DNA from: an uncultured Candidatus Binatia bacterium
Lineage (GTDB): Bacteria > Desulfobacterota > Binatia > Bin18
DNA: 64,000 nt
Assembly (NCBI GenBank): GCA_965200965.1
Contig: OZ241744.1
Coordinates: 1,408,001 to 1,472,000 of the forward strand
Direction of reading: 5' to 3'
The notes under the pieces were generated by a model. It had not been told where the DNA came from and did no database searches. It saw only the letters and a program-made list of their open reading frames with translations. The number at the start of each line of letters is the position of its first letter. Positions within the stretch are counted from its first letter, which is position 1. The position numbers were made by a program, and so were the translations under genes. Shown piece by piece: positions 9,740 through 19,160 of the stretch.

Positions 9740-10897
9740 TCAAGAAGGTTCGTCAGTATCGTCCCCCTCAAAGAGCTCGGCCAACCTATCTTCGTAGTCC
9801 CACAGTATAGAATCGACAATTCCGTATCCGTCGCAATCAAACACAGATTCTCCGCCCTCGAACGGAGCTCCACGAATAAAGGCTGAAACAGCTACACTTT
9901 CTAAATACTCTCGCAATTCTTCAAGGCTTGTAACCGGTGTAGCCATACGGTCGTCGTCAGGATCATAAAATATGATCGTCTTATTGTTGCTGTCCCATTC
10001 AGCGCCTTCAAGCGCGCCTGAGACCGCCTCGCGTGCGTCTATTTCCCAAGGCATTTCTTCTAAATATAACTCCCACTTGGAAAGATAATCGTCCAGTATT
10101 TTATGAAGCTGAGGATGTGTGTTGTCGTAATTCTCGGTGAGACTGATGCTAGGACGGCGGTTGTGAGCGACGCAGTTACGCATCTTTTCTATGGAATCCA
10201 TCAAATTTTTTAATCCGGCTAATAGTTCCGCGTCGTCTTTGTGTTCTATGGGAACACGGTTAAACTCCTCATAAAATTTCTCGTAGGTATCTGCATTGCG
10301 AATAACTGTAAGAAGGTCATCGAGTTTAAATTTTTGTCTCTGATTAAGCTCAGCATAGTTTCCAAACGTCAGATGAAAAAATTGGTTCTCCCTTCCCACC
10401 TTCATATCATTCTCTGTCGGCTTTACCCTTGGCTTGACTGTCTCATCGCGGAGCAGATTAAAAGGCTCTTCACTCTGGTAAGCGTGTAAATAGATGATCG
10501 ACAGGACGCGGCGCAATTTCATCTCCAGCGCAAAAATCTCTTTGGCCCGCTCGGCGAGTTCAGCTTGGAGCAAAGGGTCTTCAAACTTCACCGCGTGGAT
10601 GATAGGTGGGGTATCGGACAGGGCATCAGCAAACTCCCGAACGACAGTTTCGGCAGACGTAGTTTCCTCTGGCAATTCAAGAACGAAACCTACGAGTAGG
10701 TGAGAAGTCTCTGTTCCATTACCACCAGTAGACTCCTCGCCGGAACGCCGGTGACGAATTTGGATCATGCGGTCTACGATGTCCACACCAAACTCATTCT
10801 GGTTATTCTCCAGCACTCCGGCAAGCAAGCTAGCCACTACCTGCCGGAGGTCCATTAGCGGTATCGCACGACAAGAGATAATGAATTCAAAAGTCAT
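9740..10897 (-). CDS. HEPN domain protein (Swt1/Apea-like), putative RNase
   Basis: EMKLRR...FFHLTF...RNCVAH (Rx4H); ATGA overlap with the S-subunit stop. Confidence 0.7.
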   Translation of the reverse strand: MTFEFIISCRAIPLMDLRQVVASLLAGVLENNQNEFGVDIVDRMIQIRHRRSGEESTGGNGTETSHLLVGFVLELPEETTSAETVVREFADALSDTPPIIHAVKFEDPLLQAELAERAKEIFALEMKLRRVLSIIYLHAYQSEEPFNLLRDETVKPRVKPTENDMKVGRENQFFHLTFGNYAELNQRQKFKLDDLLTVIRNADTYEKFYEEFNRVPIEHKDDAELLAGLKNLMDSIEKMRNCVAHNRRPSISLTENYDNTHPQLHKILDDYLSKWELYLEEMPWEIDAREAVSGALEGAEWDSNNKTIIFYDPDDDRMATPVTSLEELREYLESVAVSAFIRGAPFEGGESVFDCDGYGIVDSILWDYEDRLAELFEGDDTDEPS

Positions 10898-12294
10898 GGT
10901 GCGGATGGTCCTAGCAATTGCTCCTCAAACCAGCGCTTGGCCTCCTGCCAACCGGCTTCGGCCTCGGCGCGAAGGCGACGAGCCTCATTACGGCGACGGC
11001 GGAGCTCGGCGACTATTTTTTCTTGGACTTCCAGTTTGGCGACCGGAATGAGCAGATTTACCACATCGTCATTTGTGAGACGGGGATGGGTATTGCCCGT
11101 CATCATGTGGACGGTCTGGGCAAGTACCATCCGACTCCGCAGTACCGCAGCGAGATAGTCCGGCAATAATTTTCCGGCGTCCCTTACGCGGAGAACATGG
11201 AACTCGGGAGAGCAGCAACCATTTCTTTCCGCACGATGAACCTTGTTCAGATACGGCCGTAGACGCGCAAAGAGAATATCACCAACTTTATAGGTGAAAC
11301 AGGTTCCTTGAGCGGTGTCAGCGGAATCGGTCAATTCTCCTGTGTGGCTCTGAACGTGTGCGAGGCTCAAATAGTTTTCGCCGGGCGTATCGAGTTGATT
11401 CCGCTGAAAACTCACCACTTCGGAAAGCCGTGCAACCGTCAATCCCCCGGAGGCGCTATCTAGCGTACATAGAGCCCTCAGACGGTCCGGGTGATAGTAA
11501 TCTGCATTGAGTCGTCCGTCGGAACATAGCTGTGTCAAGCGAACTGCAAAGACACGGCATGAATCCTCAGACGGTAGCGTGATGCCCAGCCCATCAAGCA
11601 GGAAATCATCAATGCCGGCCAATAGTGCATTAGCCTCGGCGCGAAGACGACGAGCCGCCTCACGAGCCGCTTTTATTGATGCAACAATTTCGTTCTGGCG
11701 GGATTCCGAAAGTTCTGGAAACGGAAGAGCCTCAAGAAATGTCGCAGGGACTCGCTGCTGCCCGGCTGAACCCGTAAAGGCGTAAGTCGCAAGGCGACGA
11801 AGCGATGCCTGACTGACAAACTCCATGACGAACTCTTTGGAAATTCCAGGAGCACGCACCCTGAGAACGTGAAACTCTGTCGAACCGAACCCTACGCCAT
11901 TTGGTAGCCTGTCTACAATACACGATTTTCCGTTCTGCATACACGGCGTAATCTTCGCCCACAGGGTGTCTCCGTTGATGAAGGGAGTATAGCCCTTGCG
12001 TACTTCTTTAAGTGGCCTGTTTGTAACTGTGTATTCTCCCGTAGCACCGTCGGAAACCGCTTGCATTGGTATGAAGCCCACAAGATCGTCCTCACCAATC
12101 CCAGCTATATTGACGGGTGGATTAACATCAACATAGGCCGAAAGTGGCTTACTAGCCGTCGGATTCCTCCGAAGACCCTTCAAATAGAGTCGGAGTTCTG
12201 GCGTATGGAGAGGGACACTTAACGAAAATCCCTCTAAATTGCCCCGCTTCACCGCAAAGCACTGAGCTTTGCCCGGTTCAGCGGGGCTTAAGCG
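10894..12294 (-). CDS. restriction-modification specificity (S) subunit with two TRDs; probably reached by -1 frameshift from the upstream gene
   Basis: AKITPCMQNGK/GSTEFHVL/GSAGQQRV (TRD1), ARLRPYLNK/SPEFHVL/GNTHPRL (TRD2), helical spacers; first in-frame ATG lies inside TRD1. Confidence 0.85.
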   Translation of the reverse strand, partial: RLSPAEPGKAQCFAVKRGNLEGFSLSVPLHTPELRLYLKGLRRNPTASKPLSAYVDVNPPVNIAGIGEDDLVGFIPMQAVSDGATGEYTVTNRPLKEVRKGYTPFINGDTLWAKITPCMQNGKSCIVDRLPNGVGFGSTEFHVLRVRAPGISKEFVMEFVSQASLRRLATYAFTGSAGQQRVPATFLEALPFPELSESRQNEIVASIKAAREAARRLRAEANALLAGIDDFLLDGLGITLPSEDSCRVFAVRLTQLCSDGRLNADYYHPDRLRALCTLDSASGGLTVARLSEVVSFQRNQLDTPGENYLSLAHVQSHTGELTDSADTAQGTCFTYKVGDILFARLRPYLNKVHRAERNGCCSPEFHVLRVRDAGKLLPDYLAAVLRSRMVLAQTVHMMTGNTHPRLTNDDVVNLLIPVAKLEVQEKIVAELRRRRNEARRLRAEAEAGWQEAKRWFEEQLLGPSAP

Positions 12295-12300
12295 AAAAAA
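12241..12300 (-). promoter_or_regulatory. candidate -1 programmed ribosomal frameshift signal (T TTT TTC + 6-nt spacer + 47-nt stem-loop)
   Basis: CTT TTT TTC GCT TAA then GCCCCGCT..ACCG..GCAAAGC-TCAGT-GCTTTGC..CGGT..AGCGGGGC. Confidence 0.7.
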
Positions 12301-14303
12301 AGTGTCGGGTCTCTCTGAAACGCCCTCCACTTGCGCAACAGGCCGGTGTCGGGGATGATTTCGCGCCGGCGTTCGCTCCAGTCAGGCTTCTTTGGGTTGG
12401 CGGTGCTCCACTCGTAAGAGACGCGGTAGTCAAACAAGTCACAGCTTTGCCGCTCAATTTTCTCCTTGCCCGGCTCTTCCTTCTCAACAGTCACCTCAAA
12501 GGTTTTCCGCCCGGTGGCGTCATAGCCGATGTTGTCCGTCAAGGCCATGAAAATGGGGGCGTCGTCGGGAACGGTCTCGCCGTCCTTGAGGCGACGGAGG
12601 AAAACGAGGCTGGCCTTGACGCCGGCGTCGTAGTGCTGAAAAGCGAACTGCGGCAGGCTGACGACTGCCAGCAGTTGGAAATGCTCAAGCAGCCAGTTAC
12701 GCACGCCCTGGAGCGAGGAGTTGGTGAGAATGCCGTCAGGCAGCACCACCGCGGCACGCCCGCTGCCAGGCTTGAGGAAAGAATAGACACGTTCGAGGAA
12801 CAGGATTTCTGTCTTGACGCTGGCGCGGGCTTTGACCGCCTTGGCCCCGCTCTTCGCGCCGACTGCACCGTTTTTCTTGGCATCCGGATACTTTTTCCCG
12901 ACGTAATCCAGGAGGTCAAACTGCCCCAGATAGTCGGCACCCTTCTCTGCCCGCCTGACGACAGACCCAAAAGGCGGGTTGGTCAGAATCAGGTCAAATT
13001 TGCCTGAGGCGAGTCCCAGATTTTTGGCGCGAAGCTCTTTCAGAAAGTCCAGCGCGTCATGGCCGACAATGTTGGAGTGTCCGTCGTCATGGACGATCAT
13101 GTTCATTTTTGCCACGCGGGCCAGTTCGTCGTTGATCTCAATGCCAAACAGGTTTTTCTGGGCAAAGTCATGCCAGAATTGAAAATGTCTGGCTGTGTTG
13201 GATTTATGCTTGTGGTCCGCTTCGCGGCGAACATGGTCCAAGGCGTACAGCAGAAAGCCGCCTGAGCCACAGGCCGGGTCAAGGACCAGATGCTTGCGTT
13301 TGGGGTCAAGCACTTCCACGGCAAAGGCGATCAACTCGCGGGGTGTGAAATACTGGCCGAAGTCACCCTTGAAGAAGCCGCCCATGAACTCCTCAAAGGC
13401 AACGCCTTTGGTGTCAAGTTCGGTGCCCTGGAGCGATATGCCTTCCAGGTGTTCCACACACTGTGCCAGAACGGGCGCGTCTACATTGATGCGGTCGGTG
13501 AACACATCCGGTTCCAACTCCTTCTCATGTTCGTAAAGGCGGTGAACGCGCTCGGCAAGTTGGGCGGTCGTTTCTCCATCGCGGCGTTGAAACTCGTAGG
13601 GCTGGCCGTCTTCGCGGTCCGGGTCCTTCTCGTCACGGTTCTTGACAAAGACCAGTTTGGAGAACTCGCCAAAGGCGGCGATGGGACTGCGTTTTCCGCC
13701 CTCCCAGAGCGTTTGATGACACTTGCGGATGGCGGCGCGCAGCGCTTCGCGGGGAATGGCCGCAAGGTCGCGGCCCGGCTCGTTTTTGTGGAAGCGCCAG
13801 GGAAGCGGCTTACCATAGCGCTGGGGGATATCGGTGAGATGGTTCCTGTCCCGCTCGCCAGGTGGAAACGTGTCGAACCGCAGCAGACGGCGTGTCAGAC
13901 CGGCGATTGATCCGCAGTATGTCGCGCCAAGGCTGGCCCTGTTGCCACACGCCTGCTCAATGGACTGGCCAAACCCGCCATCGCTGATATCGGTCCGCTT
14001 GCACTCGAACACGAAATACGGAGATTTCAGCTCATCATCGTCATAGACGACAATATCGGCAAAATCGTTCGGGGTCCGGCGCGGAACGTTGACCTCAAAA
14101 CGGATGCGCTCGGGCGGGTAGTCATACTTATAGATCAGCTCCGCCCAGAACTCGGCGCGGACTTTTTCTTCCGGGTCAGCCCACCGTTCCGAATGGCTGG
14201 CCGCCTTGTAGTGGATGCGCTCGGCCCTTCCTTCGCCGGTAATTTCCGCCTTGCCCTCGGCAAGGGCGTACTCAAGGTAAGGAGGCTGTCGTGTGTCAGG
14301 CAT
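12288..14303 (-). CDS. fused restriction endonuclease (HsdR_N-type PD-(D/E)xK) - N6-adenine methyltransferase (Type IIB/IIG-like RM chain)
   Basis: PEEKVR..ADIVVY..FECKR nuclease; GQYFTP, DPACGSGGF, TNPPF, VVLPDGIL MTase motifs; no helicase motifs. Confidence 0.9.
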   Translation of the reverse strand: MPDTRQPPYLEYALAEGKAEITGEGRAERIHYKAASHSERWADPEEKVRAEFWAELIYKYDYPPERIRFEVNVPRRTPNDFADIVVYDDDELKSPYFVFECKRTDISDGGFGQSIEQACGNRASLGATYCGSIAGLTRRLLRFDTFPPGERDRNHLTDIPQRYGKPLPWRFHKNEPGRDLAAIPREALRAAIRKCHQTLWEGGKRSPIAAFGEFSKLVFVKNRDEKDPDREDGQPYEFQRRDGETTAQLAERVHRLYEHEKELEPDVFTDRINVDAPVLAQCVEHLEGISLQGTELDTKGVAFEEFMGGFFKGDFGQYFTPRELIAFAVEVLDPKRKHLVLDPACGSGGFLLYALDHVRREADHKHKSNTARHFQFWHDFAQKNLFGIEINDELARVAKMNMIVHDDGHSNIVGHDALDFLKELRAKNLGLASGKFDLILTNPPFGSVVRRAEKGADYLGQFDLLDYVGKKYPDAKKNGAVGAKSGAKAVKARASVKTEILFLERVYSFLKPGSGRAAVVLPDGILTNSSLQGVRNWLLEHFQLLAVVSLPQFAFQHYDAGVKASLVFLRRLKDGETVPDDAPIFMALTDNIGYDATGRKTFEVTVEKEEPGKEKIERQSCDLFDYRVSYEWSTANPKKPDWSERRREIIPDTGLLRKWRAFQRDPTLFFA

Positions 14304-14381
14304 AGGTTGTTCCTCTCGGTTCCGCTCAATTTCCCTGTAGACTATGCAGACCGGATTAGCGAAGCATAATCCAACGCCCGA

Positions 14382-15086
14382 TTAAGCCCTGAAGGTAGAC
14401 CGGATTTCTTTCCGATACATTGCTATCAGGCTGTCCTCGGGAATCTGACCCCAGATCAGCCAGTAGAGGAGTTCGTCAACAACTTCAAGAGCGTCATTGC
14501 TGAGTTTGTGCTCGGACACTTGATAAGCGTTATGGTGTGCGCCTATTGGCTGTAAGTGATCCAGCCGAAGAATTGACTCATCAGGCCCAGCTATCGGCAG
14601 CTTATCCCAAAGGAACTGTGGGTATTCGCAATGTCGAATACGCTCCACAAACCCAGGATTATATCCCCCGCGGCTGCCGTCTCTCGTTGCGCCATAGTAC
14701 GGCACTGCCAATATCGTTGGCGCAGTCGAATGCCTTGCCATACCCCTGGTAAGGGGCTGGTCAACAGGCGGGCCGCCGGAGCCGACGATCAGGCACGGCC
14801 TCTTCTTGGCCCGATAAGCGGCCCAGACTTCACCCGGATGCAAAGGCATTGCAGCAACGGGCAATTCCGTCCTCTTGAGTGGCTGACCAATCCGAAGGGG
14901 CGCTACTCGAATTGTCGCGCTGTCGTGCCGAGTGGCTTCTGCTCGGGCCAGGGGCTCAAATGTGTAGGGAACTTGGTCAATGTGCGGAACAAAGGCGGAG
15001 ACCAGCGCGCCACGACACAAAATCTTCCTGGAATTCTCTATCCACCAAGTGCTCGCAAGTGCTCGGGTGAATGAGGGACTGAACAC
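14382..15086 (-). CDS. PemK/MazF-like toxin candidate
   Basis: KKRPCLIV and SILRLDHLQPI resemble PemK/MazF signatures; directly downstream of a Panacea gene. Confidence 0.5.
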   Translation of the reverse strand: MFSPSFTRALASTWWIENSRKILCRGALVSAFVPHIDQVPYTFEPLARAEATRHDSATIRVAPLRIGQPLKRTELPVAAMPLHPGEVWAAYRAKKRPCLIVGSGGPPVDQPLTRGMARHSTAPTILAVPYYGATRDGSRGGYNPGFVERIRHCEYPQFLWDKLPIAGPDESILRLDHLQPIGAHHNAYQVSEHKLSNDALEVVDELLYWLIWGQIPEDSLIAMYRKEIRSTFRA

Positions 15087-15091
15087 AATCG

Positions 15092-15889
15092 TCAGGATAC
15101 ATCCCCGCCCTTCCTGGTGGGAGACTTCCAGACCTCATCTGAAAACTGGACGGTGTGTTCGCCTTCCGGCAAGGGGGCACCGGCGAGACTATCAAGCCAA
15201 TTCATGCCTTCGTCGTACACCTCGTCATAACGGGCATCTGGTACTGGGTTAATCAGCCTGGGAGCTTTTTTTCCCCTGTTTTTATATTTCGCTCGTAGTG
15301 CCCGCATTCGTTCTCTGAACTTTTTCTTTTGCCCAATTGATAAGCCAGCCATCTTCAACGGTTTCTGAACAGAGTCATGGATTGCGTTGTCCTCGGCGGC
15401 AACGGTAAAATCCAGAGACTCATTCGGTGCTGCGGATAGCATGGGTTCCGTACCATAGACGGCATGCAGTAGACTGTGCGTGTCTTGCCCGAATTGGCGC
15501 ACCTCTCCTTTCAGGCCCGAGATTATCTCAAATGGGAGTTGGCTCTCCAACTCCTCCAGCAGCCGCCCGTCACGCAGATGCCAACGAACCCAATCCTGCC
15601 TGTCCTCATAGTCGCTCTGCAACGACCGTCTCTCCGCGCTGATTGCCCTCAGCGCTGGCTCAATGCGCGCATGAACAGACAGAGACCAAGGACCAAATTT
15701 GTAGAATTGCCATTCGGTACCGGTAAAAATAGCTCCATTGTTGCGTTTCGCGTGGAAAAGGTCAGCCAAGTAGACATACTTGACCAGGTGAATTGGGCCA
15801 AGCTGACGATCAGAGAACTCATCTTGCTCTCCGGCAACCAGCAACGCGTACTGGAGCAACACATCAACACGGGAGAGGTCTGTCGGCAT
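15092..15889 (-). CDS. Panacea (DUF4065/SocA-like) antitoxin domain protein
   Basis: HLVKYVYLADL...FTG..W.FYKFGPWS...VYGTEPM. Confidence 0.75.
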   Translation of the reverse strand: MPTDLSRVDVLLQYALLVAGEQDEFSDRQLGPIHLVKYVYLADLFHAKRNNGAIFTGTEWQFYKFGPWSLSVHARIEPALRAISAERRSLQSDYEDRQDWVRWHLRDGRLLEELESQLPFEIISGLKGEVRQFGQDTHSLLHAVYGTEPMLSAAPNESLDFTVAAEDNAIHDSVQKPLKMAGLSIGQKKKFRERMRALRAKYKNRGKKAPRLINPVPDARYDEVYDEGMNWLDSLAGAPLPEGEHTVQFSDEVWKSPTRKGGDVS

Positions 15890-16023
15890 CAATTCGACTC
15901 ACAGGGATGAGAATCAGAGCGGGGGAAGGTGAACATCGAACATCCCCTGACGACGATGTTCCTCATGCGCTTCTCCCGGAGTGGCGAGCCTACCAGAACC
16001 GTCAGGCTGTGCCTACCCGTGGC

Positions 16024-16046
16024 GAGACACCCCAGCGGGGCGTCTC
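16024..16046. repeat. REP-like palindrome
   Basis: GAGACACCCC-AGC-GGGGCGTCTC hairpin between the SDR stop and the defence island. Confidence 0.45.
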
Positions 16047-16068
16047 CACCCGTCAGGCTGCACGCCCT

Positions 16069-16851
16069 CTACACCACCGCCGACACCCCGCCGTCAATGT
16101 TGATCGCCGTGCCGGTGATGAAGCCGGCCTGGTCCGAGACCAGAAAGGCGACGAGCGCGCCGACCTCTTCGGGCTGGCCGAGGCGCTTGAGCGGCACACT
16201 CTGGGCCATTTTGTCCTTGAACTCATCAAGCGTGCCCGTGGTCCCCATCCGCTGCCAGTAGCGTTCGGTCTGGGCGCTGACGATATTGGTGAGGCATACC
16301 GTGTTGACCAGGATGTTCTCCCCGGCGTAGTCCAGGGACAGGGCTTTGGTCAGCGCAATGCCGGCAGCCCGGCTGACCGAGGTCGGCAGGGACCGCGCCC
16401 CCGGGGCCTTGCCACCCGGGTGGGTGACGTTGATAATCCGCCCGCCGCCGACCGCGCGCATATGCGGCAGCACGGCCCGGGTGCAGCGCACCGCGGCGGT
16501 AAACTTGAGGTCAAGGTCTTCGGTCCACTCGGCTTCGCTGATGTCCTCAAACTTCTTGGCCGCGGAGCGCCCGGCGTTATTGACCAGAATATCGACCCGG
16601 CCAAAATGGGCCGCGGCGCTGGCTACGAAGGTGTCGATGTCTTCGCCTTTGGTGACATCGGCCGGTACGGCCAGCACCTCACCGCCGGTCTGCGCCCGCA
16701 CCTCGGTCGCGGCCCGATCGAGCACCTCTGGGCGTCGGGCGCAGATGGCCACCTTGGCCCCCTCGCGCGTCAAACACACCGCAATGCCCTTGCCAATGCC
16801 CTCACTGCCACCGGTGATAAGCGCAACCCTGTCCTGTAATCCAAGCTCCAT
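16069..16851 (-). CDS. SDR family oxidoreductase
   Basis: TGGSEGIG, NNAG; GAGGAG RBS. Confidence 0.9.
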   Translation of the reverse strand: MELGLQDRVALITGGSEGIGKGIAVCLTREGAKVAICARRPEVLDRAATEVRAQTGGEVLAVPADVTKGEDIDTFVASAAAHFGRVDILVNNAGRSAAKKFEDISEAEWTEDLDLKFTAAVRCTRAVLPHMRAVGGGRIINVTHPGGKAPGARSLPTSVSRAAGIALTKALSLDYAGENILVNTVCLTNIVSAQTERYWQRMGTTGTLDEFKDKMAQSVPLKRLGQPEEVGALVAFLVSDQAGFITGTAINIDGGVSAVV

Positions 16852-17014
16852 AGCGTTGTCCTCCTCACAAAGTTTATGGCCCTCACGGCCTAGGCCGCCC
16901 TCTGGCAGGTGCACCCGCCCGGGCGGAAGCGCTCACGCTCGGCCTAGCCGCAGCCCGGGACGGTATAGTGTATCCGGCAGCTCTCAGACAGCAGGGGCAG
17001 CCCTGCTCCTCGGA

Positions 17015-18145
17015 CTAGCTCCCTAACTGATACAGCTGCACGCAGTTGTCCGCCACAATAGACTGCCGGTGTGCGGTGGGCACGCCGGCAAAATGCCGGT
17101 CAAGGAACTGCCGCGACTCCGGCCAACTGCTGTCCAGATGGGGAAAATCTGACGACCACATCATGCGCCCGACGCCGATGAACTCACGCAGCATGATCCC
17201 TGGAACATCGTCAATAAAAGTCAAATAACAGTGCTCGTGCCAGTACTCGCTGGGCAAGCGCCGACACCTGACCATCGGGTCTTTGGCCATCGTGCGGCGA
17301 TGATAGCCCCAATCCAGGCGATGCAGAAAATTGGCCGCCCACGACAGCTCGTTCTCGGCCGAGATCAACCGCAGGCCGGGATGCCGGTCAAACACCCCTT
17401 CCAGGATAAAGGTGGCAAAGGCCCGCGCCATGCGGACCGGCAGCACGGCATAGCCAACCGCAGCACTCTCTTCGCCGGTCTCGTCCTGGGTCCAGTTCAC
17501 ATTGGCATGACCGGAGGCGATGATGTGCAAACTCAGCGGCATATTCAACTCGGCCAGGCTTGCCCACAACGGGTCCCACTGGGGAGCCGAATAGCGTGAG
17601 CCATTTGGCGTGTCCTGGGGCAGGAGGACGCCGACCAGCCCCTTTTCCTTGGCCCGGCGGCACTCCTGAACCGCCCACTCAACCTCGAAGGCTGGGACGA
17701 CGGCAATGCCGAACAAGTCCTGGGGGTGGCTGCGACAAAAATCGCTCAGCCAGTCATTATACGCCTGACACACCGCCTGCTGGAGTTGTTGGTCTGGAAT
17801 CCCGAATGCCCGCATGGTGTAGTTTGGGTACAACACCTCGGCATCAACCCCGTCCATACGCATGTATGTGACCCGGGCGTCCGGCTGCCAGTCCTTGGCA
17901 TCGGTAGCGTAGCGTTGGTCGCCTTCAGCCGCCGCGGCATAGGCTTTGTCTCGATTTCTGGCCACCGCCCCCATCGGACGCCTGGCCACATGGGATGGCA
18001 GACCCTCACACACCCAGCGGTCGCCAGAGGCGGTTGAGACGACCCGCGGGCCACGGTCTCTGTAGGCCCCGGGCAGATAGCGCTGCCACAGGTCGGGCGG
18101 CTCAATCGCGTGTGAATCAGCCGAGACGGCGCGATAGGGTTTCAT
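17015..18145 (-). CDS. amidohydrolase_2 family protein
   Basis: SADSH, YNDWL, SLHI, WSSDFPH. Confidence 0.9.
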   Translation of the reverse strand: MKPYRAVSADSHAIEPPDLWQRYLPGAYRDRGPRVVSTASGDRWVCEGLPSHVARRPMGAVARNRDKAYAAAAEGDQRYATDAKDWQPDARVTYMRMDGVDAEVLYPNYTMRAFGIPDQQLQQAVCQAYNDWLSDFCRSHPQDLFGIAVVPAFEVEWAVQECRRAKEKGLVGVLLPQDTPNGSRYSAPQWDPLWASLAELNMPLSLHIIASGHANVNWTQDETGEESAAVGYAVLPVRMARAFATFILEGVFDRHPGLRLISAENELSWAANFLHRLDWGYHRRTMAKDPMVRCRRLPSEYWHEHCYLTFIDDVPGIMLREFIGVGRMMWSSDFPHLDSSWPESRQFLDRHFAGVPTAHRQSIVADNCVQLYQLGS

Positions 18146-18160
18146 GGCTGCCTCCTTTCC

Positions 18161-19072
18161 TCAGCGGAAGGCCTCAATGGTTTCCTGGAGGGCCACCATC
18201 TGATTGCCGTTTGCCGACGAGGGCACAAGAATCGGCGTCTTCAGACCGGTGTCATACCAGGCCTCAATCCCGTCCCGCACCTCAGAGACGCCGCCGTACA
18301 GGGTCGTCTGTTGCAGCCAGCGGTCCGACATCAGGGCCGGGAGCTTGTCGGGCTGTTTGTTGGCTACGGCCCGCTGGATATCCCGCATCTCCTCTTCAAA
18401 GCCAGCCTCAATCCAGTACTGCTGATAGTTGGGCAGGGTGACATACGACCTGAGTATGCGTCGCAGGACCTGAGCGGCCGCGGCCGTGTCGTCCGCAATA
18501 ACGGTCGGGATCATATTGCCGACAAAGAAGGTGTCATCCTGCATCTTGTCAGCCGGCAGAACGCTGAGCGAGGTTGGCATATGCGAGCGGGCGGCGTTGG
18601 CCCACACCGCGCCCTGCGACACCTCGGCCGACAGTCTGGCCATCGCCGTGCGCAGGGTGGCCAGAATAATCGGCGGCAGGCTATCGTTTTTCGGGAGTCC
18701 AGCCCGCATATCCTGGATGAAGCGGCGCACGTCGGCCAGCGGTTTGCCGACCTGGAGATTCATGCGTTTGTGGACCGGGCCGTGGCTCACCCCAATGCCG
18801 AACCGGAAGCGGCCGCCCGAGAGTTCGTGGAGAAAGGCCGCGGTTTGGGCGTAGTCGTAGGGGTGACGGGTATACAGGTTGGTAATGCTCGTGCCAAACG
18901 GGATTTCGTTGGTGACCAGGGCTAAGGCTTCGCACAGGGCAAGGCCATCGCCCACACTCTGGCAGTAGATGCCGCTGAAGCCTTCGCGTTCAAGCTGTTG
19001 GGCGACTTCCAGGGTTGCTTTGCGTCGTCCGGCAACCGCGACTAGGGCGACGGCGGGTTTGGGGTGTGGCAT
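18161..19072 (-). CDS. LLM-class flavin-dependent oxidoreductase
   Basis: FGTSI, LSGGRFRFGIGVSH. Confidence 0.85.
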   Translation of the reverse strand: MPHPKPAVALVAVAGRRKATLEVAQQLEREGFSGIYCQSVGDGLALCEALALVTNEIPFGTSITNLYTRHPYDYAQTAAFLHELSGGRFRFGIGVSHGPVHKRMNLQVGKPLADVRRFIQDMRAGLPKNDSLPPIILATLRTAMARLSAEVSQGAVWANAARSHMPTSLSVLPADKMQDDTFFVGNMIPTVIADDTAAAAQVLRRILRSYVTLPNYQQYWIEAGFEEEMRDIQRAVANKQPDKLPALMSDRWLQQTTLYGGVSEVRDGIEAWYDTGLKTPILVPSSANGNQMVALQETIEAFR

Positions 19073-19160
19073 GACAATCCTCCTCGTTCGTAGACATGGG
19101 GCGGATTGTAGCTGGAGTTGGCCGGATTTGCTACGAGAGGATAGCTGAAAGGGGGAGACG

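Noticed and set aside
12241-12287. Hairpin after the RM stop as an intrinsic terminator
   Set aside because: The U-run precedes rather than follows the stem on the coding strand, and the hairpin lies inside the S-coding frame; an antisense role is not excluded
12288-12330. GTG at 12330 as an independent S-subunit start
   Set aside because: It lies 43 nt inside the RM gene with no clear SD; disfavoured but not disproved
10894-14303. Classical Type I RM system
   Set aside because: No HsdR helicase/translocase; the nuclease domain is fused to the MTase
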